Origin: Hydrolagus colliei
Lineage: Eukaryota
Assembly (NCBI GenBank): GCA_035084275.1
Contig: CM068757.1
Location: 6,076,001-6,140,000 of the forward strand
Length of the DNA: 64,000 nt
Direction of reading: 5' to 3'
Part shown: positions 30,898 through 44,100 of the stretch, piece by piece
Layout of the letters: each line of letters starts with the position of its first letter
How positions within the stretch are numbered: the stretch's first letter is position 1
Program-made: the position numbers and the translations under genes
Notes under the pieces: generated by a model
Databases searched by the model: none
What the model was told of the DNA's origin: nothing
What the model saw: the letters and a program-made list of their open reading frames with translations, nothing else

Positions 30898-32025
30898 GCT
30901 TCTGTGCGACATGGTGTGATGGTAATATCAATAATCCTGAATTATAATCTGACATTGAATGTGCTAATTATGACATTTATATTTTGCCCACAAAATAGTT
31001 GAATCACTTTGCAGTAGTATATTCTATGAATTACTTTGAGACGCTATAACAAATTGATATCGTGATAAGCCGGGCCAATAGAAAACTCCACTAAAAACAG
31101 CGGCCTCTGCTATAAAATAACTGAACAATGAAGTTTCTGGCCTCCTGGCTGTTTATCTGACATTACCGCGGCAGCTAGGAACAGTACAACACAACAGACC
31201 TGTGAGACACCAGGCACCAATACTGGAGACACGGGGCAGGAGGTGGGAGGAATAACCAGATAGAAACAACCCTGTGTAAATCGCTTCCTTCATTGTCTCA
31301 TTGATGCATTTCAACCTCTCCAAAGAATATTTTGTCAAATATCAAGTGAGTGCTGAGATCAGGAAAGATTAATGACAGCTGCGTTACTGTTACAGTTGTA
31401 CATTAATACACAAGTATTAACTGGAAGCAAGGTTTAAACACCTTCCTCTGCCTGCGTCCTTTGATTGTACTCCACCATTCTACACCGCAATTATGCGGAT
31501 AGTACATCATATACACTAAAAACAGACTTTTAATTATCCACACGAAGGGAGCGAATTAACATCATTTTGGGGAAAGAGAAAGCAAGCCTATATATTAAAA
31601 AATTATTTTAAATCCATCTTGAAAACATTTGGTACAATTGTCGTGCAAAAAGGCGTTATTTGACTTATTGACAATTTTTAATGTATATATAAAGGATGTT
31701 CAACCTTCAAATTTGATACAATACATGTACCTAAGGGCGAAAGGTGGTGGTGGTGGGGGGGGGGGGGGGGGGGGGGGACTGTAATAAAACACAGAATCCA
31801 GCGAATGTGGTTTGCAGGGACACTGCTGGTGGTGATCGATGGCACTGCTTTCCTGTGTTTGGATGAGAAGATTTATCAGTCTGTTACCGGCAGCGTATCC
31901 TGTAGTTCTTGCAAGTGCAGCGAAGCTGAAACTCCAAGTCAGGCTTGTCTTGGCACTCACGTGGCAGCCAAATGATCATCAAATCTTCACATCATCATAT
32001 TGTGAGGCCCTCTGCCTCACCACCT

Positions 32026-32031
32026 TTTATT
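32026..32031 (-). terminator. Candidate proximal NAT10 poly(A) signal
   Basis: AATAAA on the minus strand about 60 nt after the stop codon. Confidence 0.3.
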
Positions 32032-32091
32032 TTATATACACACTGGATTAAAAATAAATTACAATCCCAGATGTCACTGTCCAGGAGACTC

Positions 32092-32188
32092 TTATTTTGC
32101 CCACTTTGGTTTCCTTCCTTTCATTTTCTTCTGTTTCTTGGGTGGCAATGGAGCCTCTTTCTCTGTAGAATCTAGTTTCCTCTTGTCG
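32092..32188 (-). CDS. NAT10: NAT10 last coding exon (basic NLS/nucleolar-type tail)
   Basis: [31 protein letters not shown] (TAA). Confidence 0.88.
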
Positions 32189-35100
32189 CTGGAAGAATTT
32201 TTAAAAAGTTTTGTTACTTTACAATTGGCCACTTCCTCAACGACATACAACCAGAATCAGGAACCTGAGCTGAAGCCATCTCCCATATATGTAATGTGCG
32301 GTGGCAACCTCACCACTCTGAACATTGCGATTCTGTAACAAAGCCAGGATCAATTATACTAAAGTGAAAGGTCAGAATGTGGGGCTAACATCTCATTTGA
32401 TTGCAGGAACAGGTCTGTACCTCACCTCTTAATGCTGATGACGGTGGCATTGTGTCCTGCTGACTTCAGCACTTCATTCCACTCATCTTCGTTCCCGCGG
32501 ATTGCATACCTAAACAAGAAGTTACAAACGGCTCAATTCTTGAACGAAAAGCATGGCATTCAATTTGCCCAGTGCCTTCAGCATCTTACTGAATCCTTCA
32601 TCGCCTTGGGACGTCCTACCAACGTGAAAGGCGCTCTAAAAATGTAATTTTGTTTGTTTGATGCTGATAGTACGTTGAACAATGTAGCAGTGGATGAAAA
32701 GCAATTTCTCCCAATTCATGAGAATGTCTCTTGAAAATGAAAATATAAACTCCACCTACTAACAATTCCACTCTTTTCCAAAACATGCATTAACCCCAAC
32801 CTCAAAATTTCTCCATCTTCTACAAAAAGTGAAGGATTTCTCACATCAGAAAAGTCTCTGTGGGTTTTTTGGCCAAGTTGTGGCTTGTTTACACTGTAAT
32901 TTGGACCCAGGTTGAGACTCACCAAACTCAGGACTCTTATAATCAGATAAAAAGAACACATTCACCCGACTAGTCTGACTGAAGTGGATTCCAAACCACA
33001 GCCCAGATGCGAAAGCACAATTCCAGCAAACTAGAATGTCTGACTATTGATATTCAGGGGTATGGGATATTAGACCAAAAAACTAAATGCACGTAAAGGC
33101 AAAGTGGCCTCTTTATATTGATCAATAATGGGTCTAGTATCTCAGAGGTGGTCTCATAAATCTGCTGCATAACTCCCATTCTCCAGAGCTCATTAACTTA
33201 CTGAGTCAGATCCATTCCTTTCAGCTTCTCCACCTCCTGTTTGTGTTTCTCCTGGAATTCCTTCGCTGCTTCCTCCTGCACAAGATAGAAAAACGTAACA
33301 TAAACATTAAAGTGAAATCAAAATGAACTGAAATCTCTTCCGTCTGGGACACAGGGAAGCCGCGAGAGAAACTACTCCTGTTTGGTTTTAGCTCTGTCCC
33401 ATACAACTGGCATTTATAATAGCGCTCCTAATACAGGGTAACAGCAGAACGAGCTTGAAATCTCCGATATAAATACGACCAGAAAATGAATTTAACTAAA
33501 GATTTGAATCATACCAGGTCTTCAGAGAGGGATTTCATTGTTGGCTCCATGACAACAGCTTTTGTAGTAACCATTTGTTCCTCCACTGCTCTCTCTTGGA
33601 TAGTATTAAAGAGCTGCAAGACGCAGAGAGAGAGAGAGAGAGAGAGGTAAATAAAAACTGATTTTTCTTAAAATACCAAGTTCCTCATAAATGACACTTT
33701 GCACAATACCCACTTCAGCTAAGTCAGCAGCTGGGGAATAAACAAACAGCTGTTTAGTTAGCGCACACACCGCATCTCACGATTGTCCTCAACTCACTCT
33801 GTTGACATCCTATAGAATTCTAGGAATGATATGATCTTAACATTTTGGAGAGGCACAGCTTCAAATAATCAGAATTAAATAAATCAACTATTATACATCA
33901 ACACCTCCAGATCGAAGCAAAGTCCACAGAAAAATGGTACTTTAATTTTGCTGTTATATTCAAGTGATTGGCTTGAGCTCCACATTACTGTATGATTCAG
34001 TTACCTGGACAACTTTGCGGATCAATCGGTTGAAGAGGCCCATCAATTGGCTAAATGGAAGCTCAATCTCCTTCTCCAGCAGGTCGACAGACTTGTGCTG
34101 GAGTCCAATACCCAATAGCATCGCCTGCAAACAGAGGAAACAAAAACACTTGTCAAACTGCAGGAAGGCACACACATCAATTCACATCGACTTGTTTTCC
34201 CTACTGCTATGATACCTCAAGCTTGTGGCTCAAGCTCTTTGTAAAATTGCTAAATGATACTCTCTGCTATTAGGTAGTCTTTTGTATGGGACTTTGGGGA
34301 ACGTCGCAGTTCTAATATGTTCAGTTAAATACATTCAGAAAATCAGAGGTGGCCTACTGTTAATTCTTGTTGTAAAAGTCAGCAAAATAATTTTAAAATC
34401 TAATTCAGAGTTTAAAATGTTCTCGAGCTACAGCATTTCTTCAAAGCTCATTGGTTAAATGGAAATTGAGGTGCTCCGAGCCACCGCCCGGTGTGGAGGG
34501 ACTATATAAATGCAAGTTGTTGTTGAAATCAGCACCGCATATCAGGTAAAATAATAATAATCCTTGCATTTGATGTAGCACTTTATATGTTGTTGAGATA
34601 TCTCAAAGCGATTCACAGAATATGCTTTAAAGTGAATTGACTGTATATTTTGTGGGTGAAACGTGGCAGCCAATTAAGCACAGCAGTGTCTCACAAACTG
34701 GATGGAGTGACCAAATAATTATTATGATTATTATCATTTTGAAGGAATTATTACCCTTGGAAAAGCAAAAAATATAAAGGCTCCTTGGGTGCAGTAGCAG
34801 TAGCTAAATCTCTATCTGTGCAGCAATGCAACAGCATGAAACATTACCACAAGGAAGAAGGGGAATATTGGAGTAGAGGAAAAAAGTGCACCCAGTTAAC
34901 TGGCTGCTCTGAAGAATCTTGGTTCTATTAAATCTAAATTTGGCCACAGACATGAAATGTGGATACATTTCACATTAGACTTGAGTCCCTGAAACGTATG
35001 CCGAGCATCCAACATTGCAATTATAAAATGAATATGCTGCTCTGTATATCTCCAAATCAATTGTTCCCACCCCAGGCTACATACAGTCAGGCTGCTGCCA

Positions 35101-38100
35101 GCAGATATCAAAAAGCCCATTACTAAATAAGGTACAGGCTCCATCAGTTTCACTACCAATGTTACACCAGACAGAGTGACAATTTATCAGGATTCTTTTG
35201 ACCATTCAAGCCAAAAAAAAACATATGGATTCAATGCAATAGTCTTGTTATAAACAAACAGCGATTATTAGTGAAGCAAACAAATCAGTCTATTGAGGTA
35301 TCAGAGTTTTCAGCTGCTTCATACCTTACTATAGTTCTATGCAACAGCACAAGACACCTTAAATACTGGCATATGTCAAACTCTCATTACTGCCAGTGTT
35401 GTCGATTGCCGTTGTCTGAATTTCAGGACTGGCAATCAACAACTGATTACAGACTTGATAAATACTGACAGTGGAAGCTAGTGTCCTGGAAATTTCATTG
35501 ACATTTGAACATACATCAAAGCGTCGTATTAAAGAAATTGCAATTGACATACTGCAACAAAAGGATAAGATAGTAGAAAAATGAATGGAGAAGGGTGGAA
35601 GAAACGGAAAGCAGAGATAAAAGTGTCAAAAGAGTGGAGCCGGAGCCCGGGTACAGAAAGGGGATGGCAAAGGGGAGTCACCGAGTCAGAATCCGGAAGG
35701 TTGAGGAAAAGAAAACACTGGGATTGAGAACATAGTGAGGCTGCGATGTTGCCAGCAACTTGACCACTCCTAAAAAAGTTACTACAGTTAACACTACAAA
35801 GCACTCCGAGACCACCTCCCAACATGACAATCGCTATATCAACTGAAAGAATTTGTTTATTAGTTTTCCCAGATTCGAAGCACATAATGTCCCTCAGTTC
35901 AATCTGGGCCAATGTGAAGTCTTAGGTTCTGAGATTAATTTAAAACAACGCACTGACATGACAGAATGTACCGCAGATTTATTACGGTGAGACAATGCAC
36001 AAACTCAATCATTTGATTCAATACTTTGTAGCCCGTGGAAAGAATGGCCCATGGAGACCAGAGACCACAATACCTACCGACTGTGCAGCAGACAGCGAGA
36101 CTTCACCAAGCTGTTTCAGGAAGAACAGTTGAGAAATGCAAGGAATCATGTCCATGATCAGGTGGTAGTCCACCATATTTCGCGAGTACATCTCCAATCG
36201 CTTCAGATCATATGGTGTAAACAAGGCTTCCAGCTCGGATCTGCTCACTGCTACAGTAGAAAGAGGAAGCATTTAAAATATGATTTTGAACCATCTGAAT
36301 TGAGTCCATTATCACCAGTGCCCGCCTTGTAATTAAAGCTGAAATAATGGGTACCTTGGATTAATTACAAGTCTAATTAATTGTTTGCTCAGGAGGCAGC
36401 AAAGACAAGTTTAAAAGTATCATTAGAACCTTGTAGTTAGATTACACCTTTGAATATCTGTACTGGTGTTGGTGAAAACTTTTAATTGTGGCTTAATGTT
36501 TTTTTTACATTTTGTTTCTCTCATTAGCAGCAGCCAGTGCGGAATGCTAACTATCACTGCTCGTTGCGTCCTTGAGTTGTTGTTTCACCCACAAATATAC
36601 AGTCAATTAATTTTACAGTATATTCTGTCAAGCGCTTTGAGACGTCGATATGATGTGAAAAGCGCTATATCAAATGCAAGGATTATTATTATTATCTTAT
36701 TATTGAGATAAATTATATCTGCTGCAGCAGGTATAATTAAGCAACAACGCACATCCAATAATCATTCTCTGCCTTGCATTACACTTAAGCTAAGGTGGGA
36801 TCAAGCCAGATGTTCCTGCAGTATAGACAGTCACAAGCTTGCACTCCTGCATCTTGCAATGCACCTCTCCGTTACCACATCAGGCGAGGTATCAGGGCCT
36901 GGCTGTGGGGGGCTGCCTCCCTACATCCCTCCATCAAACTACCTGCACTAAATCCCACACTCACTTGCTTGGCTCACATACGGAATGTGGCCACATGGAT
37001 AAACTCCTGATGCAACACAACTGTGCCTCACTCAGTCTGACAATCAAGGAAAGTAGGGAAGAGAAAAGCAGCAATATGTTTGTTAGAAAAACAAAAGATT
37101 TAGAGTCAGCTGAGTCAGAGATACTGCGTGGCTTTGTTTCACCATCAAAAGGGTACGGTGTCAACTTTAATTAAGATCCAGCTTACAAATTGCCTCCTTT
37201 CCAATCTCCAGCCTTAGGTTTGAAGCCTCCACATCTGGTGTACATTATACACGGCAATTGTGCTTTAATAAACTCTCAAAAAAATTATTTTATATCCACG
37301 GGAAAGGCTCTCCTCCTACAGGCATCATTCCATTTGGGTCAAATTTGGTTTCATCTTCAGATAAAAAAAAAAGGAATTGTGTTTAAATGTGTCAGTAAGG
37401 CATGGCTTGTTTAGTTGCACTTTTGCCTCCCAAATAGGGTTGTGGAATCAAGTCCTATTTTGGAGCTTGGAGCACATTGTCTAGGCTGACATTTCAGCGC
37501 AATGTTGAAAGAACACTGCATTGTCGGAGATGCCATCTTCAGGAAGAAACAGTAAACTCAGGGACCATCTGCCTGGTCAAGTGGACGTTACCGAACTTGT
37601 GTCACTATGTGAAAGGGGAGTTTCTCACAGAGTCCTGGCCAACAATTTCCCGGCTATTTGTGGGACATTGCTGTGCACAAATTGGCTGTCAGATTCCCCT
37701 ACAAATACAGTAGTAAACACTATGAAACGCTTTGAGATTTTACAACACAATAAGCTGAAGTTCACGTTACATAACCAACACGGGACTGAATTCCCAAGTC
37801 CTTGTACAAGGTTTCCTAATGAACACATGCCTTTTTCAAAACAAAATCATTCAACAAATGGCATGAGAACTCACGTGGCTTTGGTTCCTGTTTCATGTTT
37901 TTATTCTGAAGAATATTCAGCGCCAAATGGGGAGGGAAACTGCTGAACTGGTATGACAGCAGGCAGAGAAATCGCTTCCTGAAATCTGCAGACATGGAAC
38001 ACATTGTATCGGTGATCACATTGTATAGATAGGTAGGTAGGCACACAAATCAACCTACACCGTTCAATTATCTATCACGCACTGATTTTTTACTTTCACT

Positions 38101-41100
38101 TATAAATTACATATAAGCCTATATAATGGCACTTGGCATCAGAACACACTTTCCATCTATTCTCACCAACAGCATAATTTCTAGTCACAAATACCAAGAG
38201 CACAAATAAGGTGCAAAACACAACCGGTTAATTTCAGTTGTGCATCCAACACCTGGATCAGCAAATGGGCTACATATTATATTTTACTGAAAAAACTAAT
38301 TTTGAGTCTGTACCTTTCCAGAAGGCATGGAGCCAGTTCTGTTGCCCAGGTTCCTCCTCGTCTTCATTCAGTGTCTTCAACATGATGCAAGAGTGTTCAC
38401 CTGTCAGATCATTCTGAAATTAACAAAACTTTTATTAAAAGCAGCCAACCTTCAGCGCAAGAAGTACACAGGAGTGCAGAATGGTGGGTGTCAAGGTGTT
38501 GAAAGCAGCTGAGGTGATTTTCTGTACGCTTCTCATAGTAAGTACCCTGAAGTACAGTTGAGGAAACCGCATAGATTATTTATTTGTCTTAGTTAAAAAT
38601 TCTCTGAGTGTTTGTAAAGGACTTGTTCAGTAATCAGTGTTATATTCAATGATCATCTTTGGTTTTTCCAGTGATTACTCTCCTCTTTTGCAACTGAGAA
38701 ATACCCATCCCTTTTATTTTGAGCGCAGTAACTAACTTTACCAGATGGCGGCACTCTATCTGACTATTTCAGCACCTTGGGACGTCCTCCCGACGTGTAA
38801 GGCTCTCTATTAATGTGATTTTGTTGTTGTTGTAGTAGTAGTATCAGTCCCCATTTTACATTCACATGAATACAAGCGACTTACGGGTGTCTGTCTCAGA
38901 TACACAGGAACATATCCGCTTCGCTTCCAGAACCTTAAAACAAAAACATGCAATTGAATATTTGAAAAAAAAGTTTGAAATCGTTTTAAAGATGCGTGAA
39001 AGTTTCTCACAGGGAAATTGTGAGGGAAAAGAGCTGGATTTAGCAGGCACTGCGTGAAGCAATGCTGCCCGTGCTTCATATAGGCTGCACACTCCACAAT
39101 GCTGACCCCAACATATTCTCACCATCAGAGCTGGCTATAACAAGGCAAAAAGTTTTGAATTACTTGCACACAGTTGTCGGGAATAAATTATCACTAATAA
39201 AGCAACAGTAAAGAGACAGATTAGAGGCAGTACAAAACTGAAAGGGACTAATGCTCTCAGATTCAAACAATAACATTCCAAGTTTTTGGAATCCTGGTAG
39301 GTACCATGCATTACTGATTACCTCCAGGAACTTCTCACCCCAGGGAAAGAACAGACAGGTCTGTTAATGAAAGGACCCAGTCAAAAAGTTGTGTCAGAAC
39401 TCAATAAAGTAAAATGACATGGATTTTAGTTTGACATGAGAAACGAGTGTTCAAACAGATAAACGCGGCTCTTTAATATATCACTGGTATTAGATTACAG
39501 TGCAATCATTCATTCACTCCATTATTAAATGTCTGCTACAATGGTATTCATGGTTCACTGACAGAGAATCCAATCTAATGTAGGGGAGAAATGTTTTAAA
39601 GCAGACAAAATCGTACGTTTATAAATAGCTCCCAATTCACGACTCCTCAATAACGAAAATTGTAATGCTTTAACTCAGCCAGCCTGACATGAAGTATTCA
39701 TGAGTAAGTAAGAACTCTTCAATGCTAGAGGCAATCAGTCACCTGGGACATTAAACTCTCGCTTTTAGCCGTGCTGGGTTAAAGATCCTGTGGCATCAGT
39801 GCTATGGCCCATATTTGCTAATGAAACATCTGCCAAGAGCCTGGTTTCTGGGGCACAAATGAAACATTAAATCACTCACTAATAAAGGGTACTAGATGAA
39901 GGTTTAATCCTTGTAGCATTTTATGCTACAATTAAAAGATTTTAGACCCATAAACTGACTCATGATCCAGATGGACCAAGATCGAATCCTACATTCTGTG
40001 GCCATTCACATTCGTCCAATTTACCCATCAGGTTTCAGGAGCTTCGGGCTTGTCCAGTGCTGCTAATACACTAGCTTTTAATGTTCTGCCGTTATATTCA
40101 TGTGATTCCCTGAGTTCAACTGAATACTCTCGCTGGGCAGTCATTCAGAAGGACACAATTTGTACGTACATTACGGAGCGATTTTTAGAGCTCGGGTTAG
40201 CATTTATTGAAATCCATGAACCTGGACTGAAACAATGGAGTATTTAGACTTTTGAGAAGGGGAGCAGGGAAAATTTAATGCAACAGTGCACCAGTGGTAA
40301 AATAGAGGCAGCATCCAGGCAAGCTGGCAAAATGGCACATAGAGCAGGTCCAGCGACGTCCCTGGTTTGCTGGTTTCCCCGCACATCCCTGTACCAATCC
40401 TGCAGCTGCGAGTCCTTGGCAGGTCAGGGAGCAATTTTGTTGTCTTTATAAAACAGAAGTCAATTTTGTTTCGTGATAAAAATGTGGTAACCTATTCAGC
40501 TTTATACAGGGTGACCAAAAGGTTGTGATAACTACTCCTATTATCTAAATATATATATATATATAAAATAATTTCTTTTAAGACATTGGAATGGTATCAC
40601 AAGTTGTTGGTTATCCTATGCAACTCTCCTTTCATACACACACACGCACCACTATTAAGACTTCTTCAAGGAGATGTGAGTTCATGAGATAGGAATGATT
40701 GGCAGTAGTAAAAGGGTTGGCTTGCATACCACCAATTTGATAATTATGGAAGAGCCTGCAGTTCCTGTATTTAAAGTTCACAGGACATATGAAGAGCAGA
40801 TGGAGAGTTCTATTCATTGGTGCAGCCAACAGAATCACTGCCCAGTTTAAGATGTTTCTGTTACACAAGTGACAGGGTTTCGATGGCTGGAAGCATGACG
40901 CTGTGTGTAGACATACACCACCTCTCCAACCATTTGGAGTCAGCACAGAAATAGGTCCCATCTGGAAACCTTGGCAGTTAGACTGGATATTATGTTACTT
41001 GTCTAAAGTAATCCCAGGCTGAATATTAACCACTTCCCCACTGAATAGCCTGGACCGTTTTCAAAGCACAAGGTACAAGGAGTTTCCCCCGGGAATAGGG

Positions 41101-44100
41101 ACAAAAAACGTGCAGCTTTTAGATGCATCTCAATTTTGCTCCCCCCAAAAAACTTAAGAACAATTCAAGGAAAAAAGCCTAGAGCTTTTGGATGATTGTA
41201 TGACCGGTCATTTTTGAAATAATTGATTTTTAGAGTTATTGCATTTATTAAATCATGCATCTCCATGGTCCTACATATACCTTCATTAAAAATAATTATT
41301 AAATGCTGGACGCATAACCTATATTTCTATGCTCACGGGTACATTTTGCACTTGTGGAAAAAGAACTAAAGGTTATGTATGGGACCAGCAGAAACCATTA
41401 TAATCAATCTGGCTGATCATCAGGTTTTTAAAAAATATATACACTAATCTCTCCCATCAATCAACTCATCAATCAACTTCTCTGCCAAATGTCTCAAGCA
41501 ACGCAGTGCTGTCTCCCAAAATGGCAAGTAATTTGCTGCAAAACAACAACCTCAGTCTCTAGCACAGATATTTCAGTTTTATAGGACTATCTATTTTTGT
41601 ACCCTGATACTAGCGTTTCCCCGATGAGAGGTCAGGGTCACACGGGAAAGATTCTTGGAACAGAATTTCTCAAATTCTTTTTTAAATGTTTGGAAATCCA
41701 ATCTGAACATCAAAGGTGTAACGATTGTTTTGGAGCAGAGATATATGTGTGTGTATGTATATATATGTGTGTGTAATGTATGTATATATATATATATATA
41801 CATTATATATATGTAGGAGAGAGAAAAAAGAGCTGGAGGATAGGTAAGATAAAATGTTAAAAATGTCTGTGTTGAAATTGAAACCAGTACGGTGACATAC
41901 TTTAACAGCTGTGGCGTAAGTCCGTAAGATACTCCGAGGTAGTCAAGTTTCTCTGCTGGACGCTCACACAGCTTTAACAGTAATGGTGGTAGATCTCTAC
42001 GTGGTGACACCATCTCTTCTAGTAAACCTATAGCCTGAGGACAAACAAAATTTGACAATAATGTACACCCTTTGTCCTAAAGCAAACCATTAGTTAGATT
42101 TTTTTTTAAAAAGCACACACTAGAATGACAAAATCTCACACTGAGGACCAAGTGTTACTCGGTGACTGGTTCTAGACTTTCCCCCTGTAGATGATATGAA
42201 ACAGTTTGGGTACTGGGAGTTGCAACAAAAGTTGTACTGCTTGCAATGAGATTTCACTCGGCCAAATTCCTTCAAAGATTTTATCCAAGAAAAGGCCGTT
42301 GCCCAAATAGAAGGCCGTTGCCCAAATAGAAGGCCGAGGTGGGGGAGGAAACCAAGTTATTTTCGTACTTGGGAGAACAGAATCATTCGATTTTACAATA
42401 GAGGGTGCGAAAACTCCCAAGAGGCTCTAGTTGATGCTAGAAGCCTAAGTTGCAGAATTGGATACGCACAATATATTGTAAAAACATTTGTATAAATAAA
42501 TCTGTAAACAGTGCCACTGGTGACATAGTGCAACACTAGGCCATGCTAACCAGAAAGCCTGTGACTGGAAACTGTCTCAGTTAGGGAAAGAGTTATGACA
42601 CAAAAATTGGCATCAGCTCCCTGGGTTGGGAAGAGGGAACCCAGCCTGGCTTCCCACTCAAGATTGTAAACAAGAGACCTCTGCTGGTGAGTATTGGGCA
42701 AGGACAGGACTGCACTTGGCTGCAATTCCCTTCACAATCAAATAGGTCTGCCGACAATGGCCCCCTGGGTGACACCAAAGGATGATGCCATGGATTCACA
42801 CCAATGAATAAGGGAAAAGGAGTGAAATGCCTTCAGGAAAAGAGAGGGGCGAAAGTTGGTACGTTGCTAAACGGGGGGAAAAAATCCAGACAAACAAAAT
42901 TTTAATGTTTTAGGATCAGCTTGAAGTATCAAATGTTTATTAGTATTTAGGAACAGCAGGGTCTCATACTTTAACTGTTGCCTGAAACAGAGCTGAAATT
43001 AAAGGCAGTAGAACCAGCAGACAAAAGGCTCTCAATCCCACAGAAACATTTTTGCTGGGCTGGTCCGTATAAAATGCACAGTTTCCTGTGCCAGCAGCTA
43101 CCAGCACTCGGTTGCTGGAATGTACTTGCTGGCTGTGCCAGACAAGTCACACTCCATCACATCAAAATATACTGGGCTCCGTACAGTGGACCAGTGTTCA
43201 GTTCAAACCTTCGCCAATGGAGGAGCATCGCAGCAGGAGTGAATTAGCTCAATCCTACAGTTGTTGATTTACAGAAACCGAAAAACAGAAACTGACCGTA
43301 AAAACATAGCTGCATATTCCCCCCCTCCACACACACCTTACAAAGAAACCCCCAACGCCCCCCAAGATTAACAGGCATGAAATTTAGTGCACTTAATGAT
43401 ATTGTGGTAAATTTAAAACACTTTTTCAACAACAATCCAAGTTTTAACTACTGTATTATCCAAATTCCTAAAACACACATGCACACACACAAACACACTC
43501 TCGTCCTTACATGAACTTAAAAAGCTTCAAAATCGTTTGCTCCTTTATACTGTCCTTATCCTTACCTCACTGCTGACAGTGGCTATCTCACTGGATTTCT
43601 GGCTCTCTCTCTCCTCCAGACCAGGAAACTTCCCCTCGTAGTACATCTTTAACAACTCCACAGCCCGACTTCCATATCCCATCTAGTCACATAAGCAAAG
43701 AATAAGGATAGAGAGGAAAACCATGTTAAAACCAGAGCAGTATAATACAATATTGAAGAACACAATGACATTGCCCAAGTGTTTACAGTTCAGGGCAAAA
43801 CCTTGGGCAAGTTTCCTTACTCCACACGCCTAATAATAATTCCTCCAAAAAAAACACAACAATAAAATTGGCTACCGCGTTTCACCCACATATATACAGT
43901 CAATTCACTTCACAGTATATTCTGTGAAGCGTTTTGATACATCTAGAAGATGTGAAAAGCATGATATAAATGCAAGAATTATTATTATGAAATTCCTTAT
44001 TTAAGACCAATTGTGGAATTTATAGTTTTAAATACTTGATTTTCTTTCCTCTCTAGAAACTGGAGTTGAATAGTCTTAACAAATGAAAACTCCTCTTAAT

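Noticed and set aside
40500-41750. Possible Tc1/mariner remnant (TACAGGGTGACCAAAA at about 40505)
   Set aside because: I could not find a matching inverted terminus or TSD.
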